Shown one piece after another: positions 58,282 to 64,000 of a stretch of DNA of 64,000 nucleotides. The position numbers and the translations under genes were made by a program. Under the pieces are notes generated by a model. It saw nothing but the letters and a program-made list of their open reading frames with translations, searched no databases and was not told the origin of the DNA. Positions within the stretch are counted from its first letter, which is position 1. Each line of letters starts with the position of its first letter. The stretch spans positions 32,840-96,839 of the forward strand of contig JBGAPK010000001.1 in NCBI GenBank assembly GCA_044221315.1. The letters are read 5' to 3'. The stretch comes from Phycisphaerales bacterium (GTDB lineage Bacteria > Planctomycetota > Phycisphaerae > Phycisphaerales > UBA1924).

Positions 58282-60207
58282 ATGATTCGCTCCGCCGATC
58301 GTTTGCCGCCCTTGCCGCTCCCGAACCGGTTGCGGGCGAAACTCAAGCGTCCGGTTCCCTCGGACATCGAAATCGCCCAGGCCGCCACCGTACGCCCGAT
58401 CGCCAAGTTTGCTTCAGAACTCGGCATCCTCCTGGATGAACTCGAGCCCTACGGACACACCAAAGCCAAGGTACACCTGAGCCTGATCGACCGGCTCTCA
58501 TCCCGCCCGGACGGCAAGTACATCGTCGTGACCGCGATCACACCCACGCCGCTGGGCGAAGGCAAGACGACCGTGACCATCGGTCTCTCGCAGGCGCTCG
58601 GAGCGCACCTGGACAAGAAGGTTTTCACCTGCATCCGTCAGCCCTCGATGGGACCGACCTTCGGCATCAAGGGCGGCGCCGCGGGCGGCGGCTACAGCCA
58701 GGTCATCCCGATGGAAGACTTCAACCTCCACCTGACCGGGGACATCCACGCGGTCACCTCGGCAAACAACCTGCTCGCGGCCGCGCTCGACACGCGGCTG
58801 CTCTACGAAGAGACGCACACCGACGATCGACAACTGATGACCGCCATGTGCCGCAAGGACGGCGAGGGCAGACCGATCTTCTCGGCGTGTCACCAGCGCC
58901 GGATGGCCAAGCTCGGCATCTCCGCGGCAACCGGTGCGGATCTCACGGACGAACAAGTGCGTGCCATCTTCCGGCTCGACATCGACCCGGACACGATCAC
59001 CTGGAACCGCGTGCTCGACGTCAACGACCGGATGCTGCGCCGGATCCAGGTTGGATTGGGAACCGAGGAGAATCGGCCGCGAACCACCGGCTTCGACATC
59101 GCCGTCGCAAGCGAGGTCATGGCAGTGCTTGCTCTCTGCACCGACCTCAACGACATGCGGAACCGCCTGCGCCGCATGGTGGTCGGTTTCGACCGATCCG
59201 GGCGCCCGGTGACGGCGGACGATCTGGGCGTCGCCGGCGCCATGACCGTGCTGATGAAAGACGCGATCATGCCCAACCTCATGCAAACCCTGGAGGGCAC
59301 TCCGGTGTTTGTGCACGCGGGACCGTTTGCCAATATTGCACACGGAAATTCATCCATCATCGCCGACCGGATGGCGCTCAAGTTGGCCGACTACGTCGTG
59401 ACGGAGGCGGGCTTTGGATCCGACATCGGCTTTGAAAAATTCGCGAACGTGAAATGCCGCGCCGGCGGACTCACGCCCAGCTGCGCCGTGATGGTTGTGA
59501 CGGTGCGTGCCCTCAAGATGCATGGCGGCGGCCCGAAGGTCATTGCCGGGAAACAGATCGACCAAGCATATTCGAAAGAAGGTCTCGCCCTGGTTGATGC
59601 CGGTGTTGCAAATCTCGTGCGCCATATTCAGAATGTCCGTGAGTACGGAGTGCCCGTCGTCGTCGCGATCAACGCCTTCGCAACCGATACCGACGCGGAA
59701 ATCGAGCTCGTCCGGCGCGCGGCCATGAGCGCGGGCGCCGACGCCGCGGTCCGGGCGTCGGTCTGGGCCGATGGCGGCGCGGGTGCCGAGGAGCTTGCCG
59801 AAGCGGTCGTTGCGGCGTGCGAACAACCCGGCGATTTCCATTTTCTCTATCCCGCCGACGCCCCGATTGAGAAGAAGATCAACGCGATTGCCCGGACTTA
59901 CGGAGCCGCGGGCGTGGACTTCTCAGATGAGGCGCTCGCCAAGATTCGGCATTACACCGAATTGGGCTACGGCAACCTGCCCATCTGCATGGCCAAGACG
60001 CACCTTTCCTTCACGGAAAACGCCGAGGTAAAAGGTGCGCCCGACGGCTTCCGGATCAAAGTCCGCGATATGCGGGCTTCGATCGGCGCCGGGTTCATCT
60101 ATCCGCTGGTAGGCACCATGCGAACCATGCCCGGCCTTCCACCCCGGGCGGCGTTTGTTGATGTTGATCTTGACCCGGCCACAGGACGGATCGAGGGACT
60201 GTTCTAG
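58282..60207 (+). CDS. fhs: formate-tetrahydrofolate ligase (long type with internal insertion)
   Basis: SDIEIAQ start. The [12 protein letters not shown]-loop. NIAHGNSS. Ends in EGLF. 641 aa. Confidence 0.93.
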   Translation: MIRSADRLPPLPLPNRLRAKLKRPVPSDIEIAQAATVRPIAKFASELGILLDELEPYGHTKAKVHLSLIDRLSSRPDGKYIVVTAITPTPLGEGKTTVTIGLSQALGAHLDKKVFTCIRQPSMGPTFGIKGGAAGGGYSQVIPMEDFNLHLTGDIHAVTSANNLLAAALDTRLLYEETHTDDRQLMTAMCRKDGEGRPIFSACHQRRMAKLGISAATGADLTDEQVRAIFRLDIDPDTITWNRVLDVNDRMLRRIQVGLGTEENRPRTTGFDIAVASEVMAVLALCTDLNDMRNRLRRMVVGFDRSGRPVTADDLGVAGAMTVLMKDAIMPNLMQTLEGTPVFVHAGPFANIAHGNSSIIADRMALKLADYVVTEAGFGSDIGFEKFANVKCRAGGLTPSCAVMVVTVRALKMHGGGPKVIAGKQIDQAYSKEGLALVDAGVANLVRHIQNVREYGVPVVVAINAFATDTDAEIELVRRAAMSAGADAAVRASVWADGGAGAEELAEAVVAACEQPGDFHFLYPADAPIEKKINAIARTYGAAGVDFSDEALAKIRHYTELGYGNLPICMAKTHLSFTENAEVKGAPDGFRIKVRDMRASIGAGFIYPLVGTMRTMPGLPPRAAFVDVDLDPATGRIEGLF

Positions 60208-60263
60208 ACTGCGCGTCGGATGACAGGGCCAGAGTCGGTGCGGGCACAAACTACGGAGGCCGG

Positions 60264-61928
60264 ATGACCACCGGGGCACGAGCTTTCAGAATCACGCACG
60301 CGCCCGAGGACGCGCTCAAGCCGGCTCTTCCTGAGTTCGAGGCCTGCCTCGAGAATCGACGGGAAGGAGCCGGAGGCGGCATTGGTTCCCTCGCTCGCAC
60401 CGTCCACCTGCCGGTTGCAACCGTACGCGGCGCCATGTCCTCGTTCGATGAATCGAAGGCGGATCATGAAGCAATCCGCGTGTGTGCCGGGACGTCGTGC
60501 ATGCTTGCGGGGGGCGCCGCTCTCTCCAGATCCCTCTCTCGGGATCACCCCTGCCGCCCCGTCTATTGCCTGGGTTACTGCGATCGTTCGCCGGTTGCGA
60601 TGACGACCAGCGGGGTTCCTGTGCCGAATCTCTCGCCGTCCTCCCTCGGGGTCTTTGGCGGGGGCGAAATCCCGCCTCACCCGCCCGCCGCATCCATCCG
60701 ATGCGTGGCACGCCACTCGATCGTGACCGCACGGCTCGCGCGGGATGATCAAGACGCACAGACAATGAAGGGCTATCGCGGGCTTGGCGTTGCCCTCGGG
60801 ATGAAACCACAGGCCGTGGTCGATGCCCTCATCGCTTCGGGCATCCGCGGGCGGGGCGGCGCGGCGTATGCAACCGGCATGAAGTGGCGGCTCGCCGCGA
60901 ACGCCGCCGGTTCACCGAAATTCGTCGTTGCCAACGGGGACGAGGGCGACCCCGGTTCATTCATTGATCGCGAGCTCATGGAACGCGATCCGCACGCGAT
61001 TCTCGAGGGGATGGCGATCTGTGCTCACGCCATCGGCGCCGAGCGCGGCATCGTTTTCATCCGTTCCGAATATCCGGCGGCCGCCGCCGCGATGACCCGT
61101 GCCATCGGCGCGGCACGGGGTGCGGGCTACGTCGGACCCGACGCGCTCGGTCGGGGAAGAGCGTTCACCGTCGAAGTCGTCCGCGGGCTCGGCTCGTACG
61201 TGTGCGGCGAGGAGACGGCGCTGCTCGCCGCGATCGAAGGGCAGCGCGGCGAAGTCTGGCCGCGCCCGCCCTATCCCGTCGAGGCCGGTCTCTTTGGAAA
61301 GCCGACTGTCGTCGACAACGTCGAAACGCTTGCAAACGTGCCCTGGATCATCGAGCACGGCGCGGCGGAATACGCGTCGATGGGAACGGCCGACAGCAAG
61401 GGCACCAAGGCTCTCTGCTTCAACAACGGCTTCGCCAAGCCCGGGATCGTCGAGATCGAATTCGGAATGACGCTGCGCGCGGCGATCGAGGACCTCGCGG
61501 GCGGCGGAGCCGGCGGAGTCCCGCTCGAAGCCGTGCTCCTCGGCGGCCCCATGGGCAGCATCGTGACCCCGGACCAATGGGACGCGCCACTCTGCTTTGC
61601 CGGAATGGCCCGTCGCGGCATAAACCTCGGACATGCCGGAATCGTCGCAATCCCCGCGCCCGCCGACTGGGGCGCCATCCTGCGCCACCTGCTCACGTTT
61701 ATGCGCGATGAATCCTGCGGCAAGTGCGTTCCCTGCCGCCTCGGATCGATGCGGGCCCACGAAATGGCCCGCGAGGGCTTGAGCCGAGGAACTATTGCGG
61801 ATTTCGAACGCCTCATGGCGCTGATGAAAGAAGCCAGCCTGTGCGCTTTCGGGCGGGAGACACCCGGGCCCGTGGTGACCATCCTTGAGAAGTTCGGCGA
61901 TCGCGTGCTCAAAGGAGTCCGCCCATGA
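60264..61928 (+). CDS. NAD-linked formate dehydrogenase diaphorase subunit (fused NuoE-like plus NuoF-like)
   Basis: NuoE-like 2Fe-2S cysteines (CAGTSCMLAGG...CLGYCDRSP). NuoF-like GIRGRGGAAYATGMKW, VVANGDEGDPGSFIDR and ESCGKCVPCRLG motifs. Confidence 0.88.
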   Translation: MTTGARAFRITHAPEDALKPALPEFEACLENRREGAGGGIGSLARTVHLPVATVRGAMSSFDESKADHEAIRVCAGTSCMLAGGAALSRSLSRDHPCRPVYCLGYCDRSPVAMTTSGVPVPNLSPSSLGVFGGGEIPPHPPAASIRCVARHSIVTARLARDDQDAQTMKGYRGLGVALGMKPQAVVDALIASGIRGRGGAAYATGMKWRLAANAAGSPKFVVANGDEGDPGSFIDRELMERDPHAILEGMAICAHAIGAERGIVFIRSEYPAAAAAMTRAIGAARGAGYVGPDALGRGRAFTVEVVRGLGSYVCGEETALLAAIEGQRGEVWPRPPYPVEAGLFGKPTVVDNVETLANVPWIIEHGAAEYASMGTADSKGTKALCFNNGFAKPGIVEIEFGMTLRAAIEDLAGGGAGGVPLEAVLLGGPMGSIVTPDQWDAPLCFAGMARRGINLGHAGIVAIPAPADWGAILRHLLTFMRDESCGKCVPCRLGSMRAHEMAREGLSRGTIADFERLMALMKEASLCAFGRETPGPVVTILEKFGDRVLKGVRP

Positions 61929-64000
61929 GCGCCACGACACGCACAACCGCCACCATTAACGGCAACGCCATTGACGTTCATCGCGGCGAAACGATCCTCT
62001 CCGCGGCAACTCGTGCCGGAATCGAAATCCCTACGCTCTGCCACGCGGACGGCCTCGGAGCCGAGGGCGGATGTCGCATGTGCCTGGTCGAGATCGAAGG
62101 CCAGCGCCCGCAGGCGGCCTGCCACACGCCGATCACCCCGGGCATGATCGTCCGCACGAAGACCGAGCGGCTGCAGGACGTCCGTAAGGAGCTGCTCGCT
62201 CTCATGGCGGGCGTTCTTCCAGCCGATACCGTATTGCCTCGGGAGCACGGAACACGCTTTGAGCGCCTGCTCGCCTCGCACGGTGTGACGATCCATGCGA
62301 GCGACCGCTCGACGGGCGCAACGACGGTTGATGAATCCCACCCGTACATTCGGTTCGATCGCGACAAGTGCATCACCTGCCGCCTTTGCCTGAACGCCTG
62401 CGAGCAGACGCAGGGCCAGTTTGTTTACGGCATCGAGGGCCGCGGCGGAAAATCCCGCCTCATCTTCGGGCCGTCCGACACATTCGCCGACAGCGACTGC
62501 GTGGCCTGCGGCGCGTGTGTCGCCGTCTGCCCGACGGGCGCGATCACCGACCGCGACAGGATCTCCAAGCCCCCTGTCGAGGTCGAACGTGGAGTCGACT
62601 CTATTTGCGGCTACTGCGGAGTTGGCTGCCGCGTCCATGTCGAATCTGCCGACGGCATCGTCCTTCGCATCAAGGGTGTGGAGGATGCGGCCGTCAATGC
62701 GGGGCACCTGTGCGTGAAGGGCCGATACGCCCACGCCTATCACCACTCCCGCGACCGTCTCACGACGCCCCTGATTCGCGACGGGTCCGGTCCGTTGCGT
62801 CCGGTGAGTTGGAATGAGGCGATCCGCTTCACGGCCGACCGCCTTGCCGCACTCCGCAACCGACACGGCGCTGATTCGCTCGGCGTTGTGACATCCTCCC
62901 GCTCGACCAACGAAGCCGCGTATCTCCTGCAGAAGCTCTTCCGCAGCATCATCGGAACCAACAACACCGACTGCTGCGCCCGGGTCTGCCACTCCTCCAC
63001 TGCTGTCGCGCTCGGCATGGTGACCGGGACCGGCGCCGCGACCGCGTCGTACGCCGACATCGACGAGTGCGGGCTCATTGTCGTCGCGGGCTCAAACCCG
63101 ACCGAAGCCCACCCGGTGATCGGCGCGCGTCTCAAGCAGGCAGCGCTCCGCGGGGCCGGTCTGGTTGTGATCGATCCGCGCCGCATCGAACTGGCGGAAT
63201 ACGCCGACGTCCACCTCGCGCTCTGGCCGGGCACCAACGTGGCGATGTTCAACGCGCTGGCGAAGGTCATCGTTGAAGAGACTCTGTACGACGAGGCATA
63301 CGTCTCCGACAGATGCGAGGGGTTCGCGGAACTGGGGGCCCTGCTCGCTCGCCATTCTCTCGAAGACTTCGCCCGCACGACGCGCGTTCCCATCGAACTG
63401 ATCCGCAAGGCCGCACGCCTGATCGGCAAGCGTGGGCCGGGGCTGTTCGTCAGCGGCTTGGGCCTCTCGGAGCAATCGCAGGGGGTCGCGGGTGTGATGG
63501 CTTATTGCAATCTCGGCCTGCTCACCGGTTCGCTCGGCAAGCGCGGCTCGGGCATGCTGCCCCTCCGCGGGCAGAACAACGTCCAGGGTAACGCCGACAT
63601 GGGTTCCCAGCCCTACGCGCTCACGGGTTACATGAAACTGGGCGACCCCGTTGTCCAGCGCCGGTTGCAGGCGATCTGGGGCAAGGCTCCGCCCACGACG
63701 CCGGGACTCACGATCCCCGAAATGTTCGATGCCGCGATCGCGGGCTCTCTGAAGTGCATGTGGATCCAGGGCGAAGACGTCGTGCAGAGCGACCCCAACA
63801 CCGCCCACGTGCTCAAGGCCCTTGGCAGCCTCGACCTGATCATCGTCCAAGAACTCTTCATGACCGAGACGGCCCGGCTTGCCCACGTCGTCTTCCCGGC
63901 GGCGGCAGTGCTTGAACAGGAAGGGACATTCACCAACGGTGAACGCCGCATCCAGCATGTGCGCCCGGCGGTGCCGCCTCCCGGATCGGCACGGCCCGAC
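61925..64000 (+). CDS. fdhA: formate dehydrogenase alpha subunit (molybdopterin, Cys-type), 3' end beyond the window
   Basis: Not in the supplied ORF track because there is no stop inside the window. ATG 61925 overlaps the upstream stop (ATGA). The N-terminal 2Fe-2S is TINGNAIDV...CHADGLGAEGGCRMC. 4Fe-4S clusters are CITCRLCLNAC and CVACGACVAVCP. The MopB region contains CGYCGVGC. The active site is CARVCHSS. Confidence 0.9.
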   Translation, partial: MSATTRTTATINGNAIDVHRGETILSAATRAGIEIPTLCHADGLGAEGGCRMCLVEIEGQRPQAACHTPITPGMIVRTKTERLQDVRKELLALMAGVLPADTVLPREHGTRFERLLASHGVTIHASDRSTGATTVDESHPYIRFDRDKCITCRLCLNACEQTQGQFVYGIEGRGGKSRLIFGPSDTFADSDCVACGACVAVCPTGAITDRDRISKPPVEVERGVDSICGYCGVGCRVHVESADGIVLRIKGVEDAAVNAGHLCVKGRYAHAYHHSRDRLTTPLIRDGSGPLRPVSWNEAIRFTADRLAALRNRHGADSLGVVTSSRSTNEAAYLLQKLFRSIIGTNNTDCCARVCHSSTAVALGMVTGTGAATASYADIDECGLIVVAGSNPTEAHPVIGARLKQAALRGAGLVVIDPRRIELAEYADVHLALWPGTNVAMFNALAKVIVEETLYDEAYVSDRCEGFAELGALLARHSLEDFARTTRVPIELIRKAARLIGKRGPGLFVSGLGLSEQSQGVAGVMAYCNLGLLTGSLGKRGSGMLPLRGQNNVQGNADMGSQPYALTGYMKLGDPVVQRRLQAIWGKAPPTTPGLTIPEMFDAAIAGSLKCMWIQGEDVVQSDPNTAHVLKALGSLDLIIVQELFMTETARLAHVVFPAAAVLEQEGTFTNGERRIQHVRPAVPPPGSARPD

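Noticed and set aside
62987-62989. Selenocysteine in the formate dehydrogenase alpha subunit
   Set aside because: The active-site position is a TGC Cys codon (CARVCHSS). There is no in-frame TGA and no SECIS-like hairpin. It is a Cys-type enzyme.
60957-63958. Antisense ORFs 60957-61946, 61271-62992 and 63092-63958 (minus strand)
   Set aside because: They lie opposite the NuoE/F-like and FDH alpha genes, whose Fe-S and molybdopterin motifs are unmistakable in the plus frames.

Overview
High-GC bacterial chromosomal segment (GC judged by eye, not computed). Several signals point to Planctomycetota, probably a Phycisphaerae-like organism, by inference only: a formylglycine-type sulfatase, a DUF1592-like/DUF1552-like gene pair with a CxxCH head, many PEP-CTERM-type proteins, and housekeeping genes scattered singly rather than in classical operons.

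I can support about 57 protein-coding genes, one tmRNA (ssrA, tag ANSNYALAA), several intrinsic terminators and a few candidate operator or promoter elements. I saw no rRNA, tRNA, CRISPR array, transposase or intact prophage.

Recognisable housekeeping and metabolic genes:
- fabD (partial) and fabG
- orphan atpD and orphan sucC
- cardiolipin synthase
- GH13 branching enzyme
- Old-Yellow-Enzyme reductase
- carbamoyltransferase
- S9 dipeptidyl peptidase
- a formate module: mobA, fhs, NuoE/F-like subunit, and a Cys-type formate dehydrogenase alpha subunit. The alpha subunit runs off the 3' edge and is missing from the supplied ORF track.

The stand-out feature is the secretome. Twelve signal-peptide proteins carry one of two C-terminal tags:
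- Five have a VP[AT]P-type PEP-CTERM tail.
- Seven end in the same ~65-aa four-cysteine double Ca-loop (dockerin-like) module, which stops one residue after its last Cys.

The dockerin-like module is fused to passenger domains that normally carry PEP-CTERM anchors (HAF-like repeats). It also occurs once as a free 100-aa mini-protein. No cohesin-like partner or exosortase is visible in the window.

Other points of interest:
- a decayed integrase fragment next to ssrA
- an ORF-poor 0.74-kb spacer
- a heptaheme cytochrome c next to a dockerin-tagged protein
- a thrice-repeated 12-nt motif in the atpD/peroxiredoxin intergenic region
- an orphan 419-aa cytosolic protein co-transcribed with a cytochrome b

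Many long ORFs in the track are antisense shadow ORFs typical of high-GC DNA, and I rejected them. All family names come from my own motif recognition. No database search was run.
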